A DNA stretch of 64,000 nucleotides from an uncultured Acidobacteriota bacterium. Its GTDB lineage: Bacteria > Acidobacteriota > Blastocatellia > RBC074. The stretch's first letter is position 1, and each line of letters starts with the position of its first letter. Positions 1 through 11,576 of the stretch are shown piece after piece. Position numbers and translations under genes: made by a program. The notes below the pieces were generated by a model. That model was given only the letters and a program-made list of their open reading frames with translations, did no database searches and was not told where the DNA came from. The stretch spans positions 2,624,001-2,688,000 of the forward strand of contig CAWCKY010000006.1 in the NCBI GenBank assembly GCA_963796275.1. Direction: 5' to 3'.

Positions 1-1
1 C

Positions 2-682
2 GCGACGGTCAATGTGGCGGCGGTGGCGAAGCATCACGGCGTGAAGGCGTTCATCAATATGTCGCAGATGACGCTCTCACAGATGAGCATTACCGAAACC
101 ACATCAAGCCCGCAGCACAAGCTGCACTGGCTCGCCGAGCAGGCGCTGAACTGGTCCGGTCTGCCGGTAGTGCACGTGCGGCCGACCGTATTTCTCGATG
201 GCTTCTTCCTGATTTTCACTTCGGATTCGGTGAAGGAATCGAATCAGCTCAGACTGCCCTTCGGCGAGGGCAAGACTTCGCCGGTCGCAGCGGAAGACGT
301 TGCACGTGTGGTCGCCTCGCTGCTCGCCAATCCGCAGCCGCACATCGGTAATATCTATCACCTGACCGGCCCGCAGTCCGAGAACATGTATTTTTATGCA
401 CAGGAGTATTCGAAGGCGCTTGGTCGCACGATCACTTTTCAGGACATCCCGGTCGAGCCGTGGCGGGACGGGCTGCTCAAGGGCGGCTTGCCGGTCCACC
501 TGGTGAACCATCTTGTGACGATGGCCGATCTGCATCGCGCGGGACGCTATGATCGGATGTCGGACGACGTGTTCACGCTAACGGGGCAAGGGCCGCTGAG
601 CTTGCAGGATTTCGTCAGGAAGAATGCGGCGAAATTCACCGCGTCGGCAAAAGAGGTCGGTGAAAGAGCCGACGGTTGGTAG
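2..682 (+). CDS. NmrA-like NAD(P)-binding protein, 5' end cut by window edge
   Basis: ORF open from window start; motifs HVRPTVF, KTSPVAAEDVARV and YHLTGP are typical of NmrA/atypical SDR C-terminal halves. Confidence 0.8.
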   Translation, partial: ATVNVAAVAKHHGVKAFINMSQMTLSQMSITETTSSPQHKLHWLAEQALNWSGLPVVHVRPTVFLDGFFLIFTSDSVKESNQLRLPFGEGKTSPVAAEDVARVVASLLANPQPHIGNIYHLTGPQSENMYFYAQEYSKALGRTITFQDIPVEPWRDGLLKGGLPVHLVNHLVTMADLHRAGRYDRMSDDVFTLTGQGPLSLQDFVRKNAAKFTASAKEVGERADGW

Positions 683-700
683 ATAAAGTTGGTAGATAAA
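675..700. repeat. 13-bp perfect tandem duplication GTTGGTAGATAAA x2 spanning the NmrA stop codon
   Basis: read directly: 675-687 and 688-700. Confidence 0.85.
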
Positions 701-829
701 GAGGACGCGAATGTAGCGAGAAGTGCTTTCAACAATGACTGAAAATTCACAGGGGGAGTTACGGCAACGCCGATGTGATCGTCGTTGAAGGGCACAGTTA
801 CCAAGTGAGCCACTCCGGCTAGGATGTGA

Positions 830-945
830 CTGACGGCCATGGACGGATTGTTTTTGCGCACTTCGAGCGCCTGCGGCAGCGCCGCGGTCACGATCAAATC
901 AAGGTCCATCTGGGAGAGTTCGGCTGCCTGCCTCACCAAAACGAC
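830..945 (-). pseudogene. remnant of ABC transporter substrate-binding protein
   Basis: peptide VRQAAELSQMDLDLIVTAALPQALEVRKNNPSMAV resembles the LAAELVxxxVDVIV...T.TIPIV segment of that family; no full gene present. Confidence 0.4.
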
Positions 946-970
946 AAGGTCAATGGTGTTAAACCTCATT

Positions 971-2251
971 TTAAGGTAATGAGGCATTTGACTTGAATAC
1001 TTTGCCGTCTTTCATCACAAAGGTAACTGTTTTAAGCGTAGTTATGTTGTCGAGCGGATTGTTAGTGGTCGCGATGATGTCAGCTTTCATCCCTGAACGA
1101 ATCGCGCCCCGCTCCTTTTCAAGGCCGAGTAGACGTGCCGCATTCGTGGTCAGTGCTTGTAAAATCACCCTCGGAGGAATGCCCGCCTCAACCCAATTAT
1201 CAATTGTTTCGATCGATAATCTCCCGCGCGAATACTCTTTAGTTGTGAAAATCACGTCGGGACCGTGGACCAGGGTGACCCCAATTTTGTACGCACGCAT
1301 GACTGGATCGATAAACCATTTCTCGTTGAACGGCTTGTTGGCCCCTGGCGTCTTGAATTCAATCGCCTTTATCTCCGTAAATGGTATCGGGACCAGCGCC
1401 ACACCATTGCGTTTGGCGATCTCCAGTGACTCATTTGAAATGGCGACCCCATGCTCAATAGAAGCAACACCCGCTTCCGCCGCATTGCGCGCGCCTGCCT
1501 CAGTCCAACAATGAGCCGCGACCCGCAACCCAGCGCGAGCAGCCTCTTCAATCACAAAGCGTATATCATCAACTGAGTAGATATATCGTTGATCATCAAC
1601 CACTATTTTGATGACACGCGCTCCGTAATGAATGTTCTCGCGAATCGCTTTCTTCAATTCATCGCGGGTGTCAGCATAAAAATACTCGGGGTTACCGAGG
1701 CCCGGTTTTTCAGGCTGCAGCTGAAACTGTCCACCGAAAGGGGCAATAATGCGCCCTGCGTTGATAATTGTCGGTCCCGGCACCCAGCCTTCCTCAATCG
1801 CGCGACGCAGAGCTGTGTCCGCATAATTGCCCGCATTGCCAATATCGCGGACTGTAGTAAACCCTGCCTCAAGCATCGTGCGTGCATTACCAGCGCCCTG
1901 TAGCGCACGGTAAGCCGTCGAATCAATCAGTGTGGTGTAGTAGTAATTTCCGCCATCGCGACTACGCCGAGTCGTCATACAGAGATGCGTGTGCGCGTCA
2001 AACAAACCTGGCAGCACCGTTTGTTTGGACAAGTCAATTACTGTTGCATTCTCAGGTATCTTGAGATCAGGGCCGACAGATTTAATAGTTTGTCCTTCTA
2101 TCAGAATTATTTGGTTGGCAGCAACTGTCGCAGATTCTGGGTCAACCAATTTACCGGCCTTAATAGCAATGACCTGCGCATGTCCTATTAGAGAAAGGAC
2201 GGCAAGTTGTACAGTCACAAGAGCTGTCCGAATTATATTTTTGAGCTTCAT
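971..2251 (-). CDS. secreted amidohydrolase (Xaa-Pro dipeptidase/prolidase-like)
   Basis: PGLFDAHTH metal motif, AGFTTVRD, VAAHC, SIEHG, ADIIA..NPL; signal peptide after MKLKN; AAGGA RBS at ATG 2251. Confidence 0.88.
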   Translation of the reverse strand: MKLKNIIRTALVTVQLAVLSLIGHAQVIAIKAGKLVDPESATVAANQIILIEGQTIKSVGPDLKIPENATVIDLSKQTVLPGLFDAHTHLCMTTRRSRDGGNYYYTTLIDSTAYRALQGAGNARTMLEAGFTTVRDIGNAGNYADTALRRAIEEGWVPGPTIINAGRIIAPFGGQFQLQPEKPGLGNPEYFYADTRDELKKAIRENIHYGARVIKIVVDDQRYIYSVDDIRFVIEEAARAGLRVAAHCWTEAGARNAAEAGVASIEHGVAISNESLEIAKRNGVALVPIPFTEIKAIEFKTPGANKPFNEKWFIDPVMRAYKIGVTLVHGPDVIFTTKEYSRGRLSIETIDNWVEAGIPPRVILQALTTNAARLLGLEKERGAIRSGMKADIIATTNNPLDNITTLKTVTFVMKDGKVFKSNASLP

Positions 2252-2419
2252 ATTTTCCTTTATGCGTCGAAGGCGCCTAACGATCATAATCATCCGCTCG
2301 AACAAGTTGTCAGCGGCTTACTGTATTTATCGCCCCGGCCCTACGTCCATTCCATCATAGACTGCTCTGCAAGTGGCTGCGAGACGGTTAAGTTATCCTT
2401 TTCAGTCGAATAATGAAGT

Positions 2420-2745
2420 CGGCTTGTGTGTTATCCTGACGACGCTCCGTTCAGCTGTCGTATCGGCGCAAAAACCAACTACGGGCTACGCGCCGGTCAA
2501 CGGACTCAAAATGTACTACGAAGTCCACGGAAGCGGCGAACCTGTGGTGTTGCTCCACGGCTCGTTCATGACAATTTCAAACAACTGGAACCGAGTGGAG
2601 CGGCGAACTTTCCAAAACTCGGATAGTAATTGCCTTCGCAATGCAGGGCCGCGGGTGCACGGCAGACATCAAACGCGACTTCAACTATGAACCCTCGCAG
2701 ACGATGTGGCTGGGCTGCTCGATTATTTCAAAATCCCAAGCATGG
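2420..2745 (+). pseudogene. frameshifted, truncated alpha/beta hydrolase
   Basis: [26 protein letters not shown], then frameshifts; [13 protein letters not shown] occurs in another frame; ends at a hairpin. Confidence 0.75.
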
Positions 2746-2762
2746 ACCTTGACTTCTTTAAC

Positions 2763-2816
2763 CAAAAAAGAAGACCAAAAAATCACAAATATTTGCGAAT
2801 TTTGGTCTTCTTTTTG
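2763..2816. terminator. AT-rich inverted repeat between convergent genes, possible bidirectional terminator
   Basis: AAAAAGAAGACCAAAA ... TTTTGGTCTTCTTTTT 16-bp stem about 20 bp past the phoD stop. Confidence 0.55.
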
Positions 2817-2838
2817 ATTTTTGTATTTTTGTGATGAA

Positions 2839-4431
2839 TTATGCAGTTCGTACTGCACCCGGAGTGCCGTCTTCGACCACGAATGAAGCACGTGTTGTGA
2901 TCGGCTCGTCTGGCGTAGTCACTGCCGCAACGATGCGATAGTCGGTTTGCCATTGATGCGGGGTAAGCTTACAGAGCACATAACCGCGCCGTGCGTTATA
3001 GAATTTGATGTGCGGATTCTCTGGCAGTTGCCGTTCGACAGTCGCATTGGAATCCGCTCCGTTTCCTCCTGAACTGATAGAGGTACCGACGAACTCGGTG
3101 GCAACGACCGGTGAATTCGGATCATCGAAATTGGTCTTGAGATCGTGAACCCAGCTTGCGTGTATGTCTCCTGTCAAAACGACTGGATTCGAAGGTTTGC
3201 ATTCATTGAGGTAATTAAGCAGACGATAGAGCCCCGCCGGATAGGCGTTCCACTGGTCCATGCTGATTGCCTGGTCTGGCCCGGTCGCCGAATCATATCT
3301 GCCCATCATGACCTGCTGGGCGAGGATATTCCACTTCGCCTTCGATTTGTCGAGGTTGTGGAATAGCCAACTCTCCTGCTCATCGCCCAGCATTGTCGCT
3401 TCAGGATTGAATACCTCATCGCATAAAGGTTTGGTGCCGTCGCCGCACGGTTGATTGGTGCGATACTGTCTGGTATCGAGAACGTTAAACTCGGCTAAAT
3501 CGCCAAACCTCACGCGGCGATACAGCAGCATGTCAGGACCTTGCGGTAGTGAGCGGCGACGAAGCGGCATATGTTCGTAGTAGGCCTGATAGGCGCGCGC
3601 GCGACGCTCGAGAAATTCCTCGGGCGGTACGCTATTTTCCGGTATGTCATTGGCGTAATTGTTTTCGACTTCGTGATCGTCCCAGGTCACTAGCCAGGGA
3701 AATAAAGCATGCGCACGCTGCAGATCCGGATCGCCTTTATAGAGCGCGAAGCGGTTCCGGTAGTCATCGAGCGTCATAATCTCCGGACTGTTGTGTTGTC
3801 GCAATGCATTTGCATTCACGCCGCCCTCGTAGATGTAGTCGCCAAGGTGGACGACCAGATCGAGGTCCTCCTCCGCCATTCGCCGATAAGGTGTGTAGTA
3901 GCCCGTTTCATAATGCTGACACGAGGCGAAGGCGAAAGCGAATTGATCGACGCAAGCGTTGAATGCAGGTGCTGTGCGCGTGCGTCCGATCGGACTGACG
4001 GCAGATCCGACACAGAAGCGGTACCAGTACCAGTGCGCCGGCTTCAGACCGTGCACTTCTACGTGTATTGAATGGCCGAATTCAGGGTGCGCATATGCCC
4101 AGCCGCGCTTAACCACTCTGCGCATCCCCTCGTCCGAAGCGACTTCCCATTTGACTATTACAGGATTGGGCGGCATCCCACCGCCGTTGAGCGGATCGGG
4201 CGCCAGCCTCGTCCAGAGCACGACTCCGTTAGGCAGCGGGTCACCCGATGCTACACCGAGCCTGAATGGATCTGTGGTAAAAGTTGGTGTGACTGTTTGC
4301 GTCTGTAATTGGATTTGCCCGGTCACAGCCAGGCCAGAAAATGCGGCCGCACTAAACAGAAAGCTACGACGGTCGATTGTGTATCTATTCCTTGATGGAA
4401 CAAAGTCGTTGGTTATCGAATTTTTTTTCAT
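2839..4431 (-). CDS. phoD: alkaline phosphatase D with Tat signal
   Basis: DRRSFL twin-arginine motif; [50 protein letters not shown] motifs. Confidence 0.93.
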   Translation of the reverse strand: MKKNSITNDFVPSRNRYTIDRRSFLFSAAAFSGLAVTGQIQLQTQTVTPTFTTDPFRLGVASGDPLPNGVVLWTRLAPDPLNGGGMPPNPVIVKWEVASDEGMRRVVKRGWAYAHPEFGHSIHVEVHGLKPAHWYWYRFCVGSAVSPIGRTRTAPAFNACVDQFAFAFASCQHYETGYYTPYRRMAEEDLDLVVHLGDYIYEGGVNANALRQHNSPEIMTLDDYRNRFALYKGDPDLQRAHALFPWLVTWDDHEVENNYANDIPENSVPPEEFLERRARAYQAYYEHMPLRRRSLPQGPDMLLYRRVRFGDLAEFNVLDTRQYRTNQPCGDGTKPLCDEVFNPEATMLGDEQESWLFHNLDKSKAKWNILAQQVMMGRYDSATGPDQAISMDQWNAYPAGLYRLLNYLNECKPSNPVVLTGDIHASWVHDLKTNFDDPNSPVVATEFVGTSISSGGNGADSNATVERQLPENPHIKFYNARRGYVLCKLTPHQWQTDYRIVAAVTTPDEPITTRASFVVEDGTPGAVRTA

Positions 4432-4715
4432 AAGATTCTCTCCCGACAAGTACACAGTGGTTATAAAGTACGGAGCGACCAGGGATTTATCCCGTAGATA
4501 CCCCGTTAGATCCATGCTGATTCGCCGAGTCCTGGAGAATTTGCACTATTATTTATTTGTATAGATATTGATCAGGTTCTTGGAAATTTACATTATGCAG
4601 CATGTGTATTAAGTTCAGGTAAGCTTTCCACCAATCTTTCATTTTTTGTTTCTACATAACACAAAGTTGAGATCGGCGTACTGTCAGTATTTTTGAAAAT
4701 CATGATGTTTTCCTC

Positions 4716-4885
<170 letters not shown>

Positions 4886-4903
4886 TGCAGCCGATAGTAA
4901 TTG

Positions 4904-4943
4904 CCGATGGGAGCCGGAGAAATCCGATGGGAGCCGGAGAAAT
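4904..4943. repeat. 20-bp perfect tandem duplication CCGATGGGAGCCGGAGAAAT x2
   Basis: read directly: 4904-4923 and 4924-4943. Confidence 0.9.
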
Positions 4944-5040
4944 AATGAAACGAATTCATCTGATTATGGACGCCTGGCCGCATTGATCGCTCTTCTGCGA
5001 TATAACTTGCTCCCGTGTCAACCTCCGTCGCAGCTTCCAA

Positions 5041-7641
5041 TCAAGGCCGCACCCGAACCAAACCCTCCGTCCACTCGCGCAACTGCTTCCCGCCCAACTC
5101 AATATCCGCCGTAATCACACACAGCCCCTCACCCGCAGCCGCAAACACTGCCCGCGCCGAGCCCTCCTTCCGAGGCCCGATCGTCACCTTCTCGTCCGCT
5201 TTAACAACACGCCACCCGGAAGGCACATTCCACTTCACCCGGTAGGTCTCCGTCTTCGCCGAATGGTTCAAAATCCGAACCTGAATCGGAACACGCTCAC
5301 CGCTGCGCACCTCACTGCCATAAGGCGCCACAGCCGCCCAGCTCTCGTCGATCGCATAATTCAGCTCGGGCCACGGAGCCAGTTCCTGCAGAATCGCCAT
5401 CCGTTTCCGCAGTTCCGAACGCATCCGTGCCGATTGCTCCGCCGAGAACCGGAACATCGGCTCCACGTGCTGGTTAATCATCCACAACGGCGCGTCCTTC
5501 TCGAGCCGTTCCAACAACTCCAGGCAATACAGAAATCCCTCACCCTCCCGCGCAAAATCGCGGTTTTGCAAGCAGTAATCATCAATGCCCGACGGCGTAA
5601 AGGAATCTCCCACGAAGAACAGCTTCTCGCCGCCGTCTCTCTCCACCAGAAGCCCGCCGTGGTACAGCGTCTGCCCTGGAAAATCGAAGAAGGTCAGCTC
5701 GAACTCGTGCCAGCGCATCCCACTGCCATCCGCCTGGGGCTTCCCCGACGTAATCGGATTCTCAGTGAGACACGGCAGCCGGTAGTGCGACGGGCGCTCC
5801 AGCACATCGCGCATCCGCTGCGTAAAATAGACCGGACACGCGAACCGGTTGGCGATAGTCTGCGCGTAGTCAGTGTGGTCGTCGTGGTAATGCGTGATCC
5901 ATATCCCCTGCACGCGATCTGCTTCCTGCAGCCTTGTGAGCAGCCCCTTGAACCCTGCATCTACCAGAAACCCTGCGCCTGTTCGCGAAACCAGCAGCCG
6001 CGAATTTCCGATTGCTTTCACCCAATCGGGCAGGGGACGTTGCTCCCCCATCGGCATCGAATCGACGGCTCGGCCATCCATCGCCCTTCGTGATCGGATC
6101 CGCAAGCTCTCCTCGCCCCAATACCAACGCAGCGCATCCGTAGCGAAGTGGCTCGCCATCAGCCCCTGCAAGCGCGTGATCAATCGCTCGATAGCCTGTT
6201 GTGGATTCTCGATCAACGGTCCCCGAGCCGGCACCAATACATCCGGCTTTCGATCTGCGATCTTCCGCAGGCTCTCGATCAAATCCCCCGCTCGTGCGGC
6301 ATAGCCGTGATACCCGCGCGTCTTGGATTCAGGAATTGCGTCCTGCAAACTCGAAACATCGAACAACTGTCCGTCGCCATAGATGAGGTCACCCGTGCAA
6401 GCAATCCGTTTGCCGCCCGACTCGATCCAGTACGATACAGCCCCTGCCGTGTATCCCGGCGTATCGATTACCTCGACCCTCACGCCGTCCAGGTCGAGCA
6501 TCTCACCGCCGCGGACAGCACGCGACACGCGAACCGGCTCGCGCAAAACCTTGGTATTCACCTGCGAATAATCATGGAAACGGCCGCTCCAGTACGACTC
6601 CCAAAACGAAGCCGGATTCTCAAACAGCGAGCGCTCCCGCTCCGGCACAACCGCTGCCGACCCATCCCTCACCAGCGCCGTGCCCGCCCACACCACGTCG
6701 CGCCTTGCATGAGTAAACAGCACGTGCGAAGCCTCCTTCACCCGCCCGCCTGTATCGCCGTACACCAGCACCCTGCCATTCACCAGCAGCCCATTCACCG
6801 GACCCTGCAAGAACCGCACACCCGACGGCAGCTCCGCCGATTGCAGCCTAACACCAGTCTTCGGAGGCTGTTGGGACAGGTTGCTCGCCACCAGGTTCAT
6901 ATCCGCCCGAGCTTCGGCGATTGACGTCTGTGGCTTCAATCGACCCACGGCAGCGAACGCATCAGGCACCCTCCAGTTCGGGCAGTAAGGGCCCTTCCAG
7001 AGCGGGTCTGCGGTATTTAGTAACCAGAAAGGCGCCTCCTTGAATGGAAACTGCCAGCACTCCGGCATCACGCCAATGATCTGTGCACTTCGTTTATCGA
7101 AACTGATGCTTTTACCCAGGACATCGGGCGCGCCGCCAAATCGGTTCTGCCGGTAACCGTTACTCAGGACGGAGAGGTTTTGGCCGAGCTCACTATCCCT
7201 GGGCGAGAATGTTCGCCCGATAACCGGCGTAAATGCCATCACCGAGGAAAAATTGGCGCTGACCACGGCGGCCTGAGCCAGCTCTGCCTGATCGCCGTTT
7301 TTCAATGTTACCTCCGCCGCTTCCGGTCGAAAGTACAGACCCATGTCCACAAAAATGTGGTTGTTATCCCTCCAGTCTCTGAAGTTCGGGTAGGATGTCC
7401 AATCCCGCTCCAGCCCCTTCTTCGGAACCGATTTCCAGTGAAGGCATAACCGATCCGGATCATGATATGGAAGCGGCCTCAACATTGCGGCATAGACTTC
7501 ACTGAAGACTGCCGTACATGCTCCGATTCCGAGCGCGAGCGTGAGGACGGCCATCGCGGTGAATCCGGGATTCCTCACCATCATTCGCAGGCCGTGGCGT
7601 AAATCCTGTGCGAGTGTTTCCAGAGATCTAAAACTCCACAT
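5041..7641 (-). CDS. chimeric ORF: ADOP permease N-terminus (TM1 + MacB periplasmic domain) fused to a double MBL-fold hydrolase with an Ig-like C-terminus
   Basis: about aa 1-262: [42 protein letters not shown]; remainder: THARRD (degenerate) and THYHDDH MBL motifs, TPGYT, FPGQT, FVGDSF. Confidence 0.75.
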   Translation of the reverse strand: MWSFRSLETLAQDLRHGLRMMVRNPGFTAMAVLTLALGIGACTAVFSEVYAAMLRPLPYHDPDRLCLHWKSVPKKGLERDWTSYPNFRDWRDNNHIFVDMGLYFRPEAAEVTLKNGDQAELAQAAVVSANFSSVMAFTPVIGRTFSPRDSELGQNLSVLSNGYRQNRFGGAPDVLGKSISFDKRSAQIIGVMPECWQFPFKEAPFWLLNTADPLWKGPYCPNWRVPDAFAAVGRLKPQTSIAEARADMNLVASNLSQQPPKTGVRLQSAELPSGVRFLQGPVNGLLVNGRVLVYGDTGGRVKEASHVLFTHARRDVVWAGTALVRDGSAAVVPERERSLFENPASFWESYWSGRFHDYSQVNTKVLREPVRVSRAVRGGEMLDLDGVRVEVIDTPGYTAGAVSYWIESGGKRIACTGDLIYGDGQLFDVSSLQDAIPESKTRGYHGYAARAGDLIESLRKIADRKPDVLVPARGPLIENPQQAIERLITRLQGLMASHFATDALRWYWGEESLRIRSRRAMDGRAVDSMPMGEQRPLPDWVKAIGNSRLLVSRTGAGFLVDAGFKGLLTRLQEADRVQGIWITHYHDDHTDYAQTIANRFACPVYFTQRMRDVLERPSHYRLPCLTENPITSGKPQADGSGMRWHEFELTFFDFPGQTLYHGGLLVERDGGEKLFFVGDSFTPSGIDDYCLQNRDFAREGEGFLYCLELLERLEKDAPLWMINQHVEPMFRFSAEQSARMRSELRKRMAILQELAPWPELNYAIDESWAAVAPYGSEVRSGERVPIQVRILNHSAKTETYRVKWNVPSGWRVVKADEKVTIGPRKEGSARAVFAAAGEGLCVITADIELGGKQLREWTEGLVRVRP

Positions 7642-7681
7642 GCATTACCTCGATTGGTTATTCCGAACGAACGGGTCGGAC

Positions 7682-10400
7682 TTACTCATCTCTGAGCACG
7701 ACGTTCGGGTCTAGCCGCGATGCGCGCCACGCCGGCAGCCAACTGGCGACCACCGCCACGGCCGTAATCGTCGCGATCACAAAGGCGATCGTCACGATAT
7801 CTGTCGGTTGCACACCAAACAGCAGGGACGCAATCAGCCGATTTACGGCAAGCGCGCCTGCCAGGCCAATGGTGACACCCAGCGCCGTGACCTGAAGCCC
7901 TTGCTTCATGATCTGTGTGAGCACGTGGGAGCGAGCTGCACCGAGGGCGACCCGAATGCCGATCTCGCGCCGGCGCTCCGTCACCATGTAGGAGAGCACA
8001 CCGTAAGTGCCGATGGCTGCCAGTAGCAGCGCCAGTCCGGCAAATGCGCCCAATAGCTGCGCCAGGAGTCTCGGCCGGCGAATCGATTCGGCGAACACCG
8101 AATCCATGTCGCGAAGCCGCACGACGGGAACCGCGGCGTCCACTTCCCGTACCACCCGCTCGATCGTCCCTGACAGTGCGGCCGGTGGCAGAGTCGTCCG
8201 CATCACCACATTCATACTCGGCGGGGAGACACCGTGCTGGTCAAGGGATACGTAAAGTTCAGTTCCTGCCGGGCGCTCCACCCCGCGCTGCCTGACGTCC
8301 TTGGCCACTCCGATCACCGTATGCCAGACATCATCGCTGGCGCCAAACGACCCACCCGGAGGCCGCAGACGCTGGCCAATCGGGTTCTGCCCCTTCCAGA
8401 TCCTTTTCGCCAAAGTCTCATTGACGATGGCCACCTTGCCTTGCGACGCGTTGTCGGTTCGCTCGAAGCCGCGGCCGGCGACGATCGGGATGCCCATCGT
8501 CCCGAAATAGTCGCCCATGACGAATTGGTAGTAGTCGATGATTTCAAAGGGCTTTCCATCGTCGGAGGTGTAGTTCTCGATAGGAGTAGCGATCGCATCG
8601 GGAGTTCGATTCGGCGGCAGACCCGACATGGCAACCGTTCCCAGCACGCCCGGTACGGAGCGAAGCCTGTCGAGGACGCGCTGATATGCCTGCGCGCGTG
8701 TGTCGGGTTCTGAATTCGCCATTGGCAATGTCATCGAGAACGTCACCAGCCGCGACCGGTCAAATCCTGCATCGATCCTCGTGAGGTTGTAGACTGTCTG
8801 AACTAGCAAACCCGCTCCGATAACCAGCATCACCGCGAAAGCGACTTGGGCTATCACGAGTCCACGACGGGCGTAATGACGCCAGGCGCCGCTGGCGCCC
8901 CTTGCGCCCTCCTTGAGCGCAGTCACCATGCTACTCGTTCGCCGCGCGCCCGAGCGACACGAACCCGAAAAGCAGGGCAGTCCCAGTCGAGAGGCCGAGC
9001 GCAACCAGCAAAACGGGCAAATCGATCGTGAGCTCACTCGTCCGCGGGACGCTGGTCGGGTAGGCACGGATCAGCGCCCGCACGCCAGCGCTGGCTAGCC
9101 ACAGACCCAGAATGCCACCGGCTCCAGACATCACCGCTCCTTCGGTTACCGACTGCCGGAGCAGCCGGCCGCGGCTGGCGCCAAGAGCAGCGCGCAGTAC
9201 AAATTCACGTCTGCGTGAACCGGCGCGAGCCATCACCAGGTTCGCAAGATTCGCGCAGACGATGAGCAGCACGAATCCCACGGCGGCCTGCAGAACCCAG
9301 ATCGATCGGCTGGCATTCCCAACGATCGCGTCCTGTAACGCCCGCAATTGGAGCGTGTGGTCTACTGAGCGCAGGGGGCGGTTCGTGGGGACATGGTCTT
9401 TCGCGCCGACACGCTCGCCCCAGTTTTCGAGGAATGCGCTCAGCTCCGTCTGTGCCATCCCAGCGGTGACGCCGTCTTTCAGTCGAGCAATGACGTAGAG
9501 GACGTGGGCCCCGCGTTGCCGTGCCGTATTCGGGTGGAGCCAGAGGGGCAACCAAACCTGAGTGTGGTTATCCATGACGTCGGCCCCGGGCGGCATAATG
9601 CCCACGATTTCGTGGGGCCGGCCCTCGATTTCCACCTTCTGTCCAACGAGTGGTCGTCCTCCAAATGCTGTCCGCCACAATTCGTGCGAGAGAATCGCGA
9701 TCGGTGGCGGTAGGGTCCCGGTCCAGCGGGCGGTTTCTTCGTCGCTGAAAAAGCGTCCCTGCTCCGGCTGAATACTGAGCGCCTTGAGCAAATGTGCATC
9801 GACGGAGATCGAGCGCACCCGCAGAGGTCGATCCGCTGCCGTGATGTTGACCTCGCCGGTTGTGTACGCCGCGCCGCCGGTCGAATAAGCGCCAACCGTC
9901 GCGAACGATTGGTTCATCTGGCGGAACTCGATGTACTCCGGCGCAGAGAGCGCATTTCGGGTGCCCCCAATGGCCGGAGATTCTGCAGTCAGATACATCA
10001 GCTGATCGGGTTTTGGATAGTCGAGGGGCCGCAGCAGCACTGTATTGACCACGCTAAAGATCGCCGTGTTGGCGCCAATGCCGAGCGCAAGTGTGAGCAC
10101 TGTGACAACTGTGAAGCCCTTGTGCTTGAGTAGCATTCGCAGGCCATAGCGTATATCCTGGAGCGTCGTCTCCAACACCAGCAGGCCTCTGCGGTCTCGA
10201 TAGACCTCTTTGACCTGCTCAACCCCGCCAAATTTGCGTAAGGCTGCAGACCGCGCTTCGTCGGGACTCATCCCCTGCCGCTGGTTATCCTCTATTTGCA
10301 GATTGAGATGAGAGCGGATTTCATCCTCCATATCTCGCTCAAGCTTGCGCTTCAGAAATAATCCGCGTAGACGGTGGATGAAGACTCGTAACCAGATCAT
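7682..10400 (-). pseudogene. ADOP (MacB-like duplicated orphan) permease with one frameshift near 8940
   Basis: ORF 8931-10400 gives prefix domain and first half; 7682-9067 gives second half ending RASRLDPNVVLRDE. Confidence 0.85.
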
Positions 10401-10431
10401 ATACTTCCTCCTGAAGGTTCGAGGAATCGGG

Positions 10432-10743
10432 TCAGAATTTCAGATATCTCCGCCAGTTATCTTCTTCAGTCGCAATCTGCTTCCGCCCAGCCCGCGTAAT
10501 CGAGTAATACCGGGCCCGCCGGTTGTTTTCCGACACGCCCACGGAGGATATCCATCCCATCTGATCGAGATGCAAAAGAGCGGTATACATCGTCCACTGG
10601 TTGAGCTGAAAGCGGTCGGCGCTCATCTGTTCAATGCGCCTGGCGATCCCATAGCCGTGCAACGGCCCGAGCGTCTTCTCCAGGGTTTTGAGGATCATCA
10701 GATTGAGAGTTCCGGGAAGCACCGGGTTCTTATTCTGTGGCAT
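10432..10743 (-). CDS. PadR family regulator (acidobacterial type), degenerate
   Basis: [34 protein letters not shown]; recognition helix altered (NQWTMYTAL), conserved Trp missing, C-terminus short. Confidence 0.8.
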   Translation of the reverse strand: MPQNKNPVLPGTLNLMILKTLEKTLGPLHGYGIARRIEQMSADRFQLNQWTMYTALLHLDQMGWISSVGVSENNRRARYYSITRAGRKQIATEEDNWRRYLKF

Positions 10744-10750
10744 ACTTCTC

Positions 10751-10800
10751 CTGTTGGTGAGCAACAGAAATTTAAACCAAGTCCTGTTGATAGTCAACAT
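10751..10800 (-). promoter_or_regulatory. sigma70-type promoter (TTGACT-17-TAAATT) with two CTGTTG-N5-CAACA(G/T) palindromes
   Basis: palindromes at 10751-10767 and 10784-10800; -35 at 10797-10792, -10 at 10774-10769. Confidence 0.7.
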
Positions 10801-11529
10801 AGAAAGGTAGGGACTCATCAACCGGTGTGCAGGTGTACGGAAAAGATTCAGCGGCAGGCAATGTGCAGGCAGCAGCGCATTTTGTGCTCACTGCCACCGG
10901 ATCCTGATGGTTCTCCCGCGATTTTGGTGATGCGAATTTGCTCGCCCAGGACGCTCCTCAGACATCCCAGGATTCTGTCCGATCACTTGTCCCATACAAG
11001 AAAATTATCGCGCGATTTCGCCTTATCTGGCCGGAAGTCTTATACAAGAGACACTCGCGGATGATTGAACGGGAGTCAACCTGCTTAATCAAGTTGGCTT
11101 ACGGGTTAGGTGCTAGTGTTTAGCCGGCTTTATCAAGAGCGCATCAGTTATCACTTCCAGGTCGGTCCGCCAGCGGCACTTGTTCACCAATCCATTACCC
11201 TTATCCGTATATCCCACCATCCACTTGACGCCTTTGTAAGGATATTTTTCATCCATCGCGAAAGACGTATAAGCTGCACACCAGCAGATCGTAAGATCAT
11301 TTGTCCTGCTCACCCCCAGGTTTCTATCCTTGCGCATCGAGTGCTCGTCCGCCAGGCGATCCCTGCCGTTAGATTTATTGATGCTCACATGCTTTGCATC
11401 CGCCTCCTAGGTTTTGCTCACCTTTCCACTCATCTATCAGCTCACCCGTTTCGGATGGGTAGATCGCGAATTGCTCGCTCCATCTGGATCGGTTTTTGCA
11501 TCCGCTACGCAAAAATCTAAACAAATGGG

Positions 11530-11576
11530 TTGACCTTATGATATCTGTCTATATACTATCTGTGCATGACAGATAT
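11530..11576 (+). promoter_or_regulatory. sigma70-type promoter (TTGACC-16-TATACT) with TATCTGT-N5-ACAGATA palindrome over the start codon
   Basis: -35 11530-11535, -10 11552-11557, palindrome 11557-11575, extra half-site 11542-11548. Confidence 0.65.

Noticed and set aside
4600-4625. Pho box upstream of phoD (CTTACCTGAA-CTTAATA on minus strand)
   Set aside because: Period is 10 bp rather than the usual 11 and the match is weak
10930-11020. IS630-like transposase tail on the minus strand (LVWDK*SDRILG)
   Set aside because: Too short and degenerate; no terminal inverted repeats
11110-11520. Short ORFs between the divergent PadR genes
   Set aside because: No recognisable motif; the AGGAGG-preceded ATG on the minus strand stops after four codons; probably a decayed remnant
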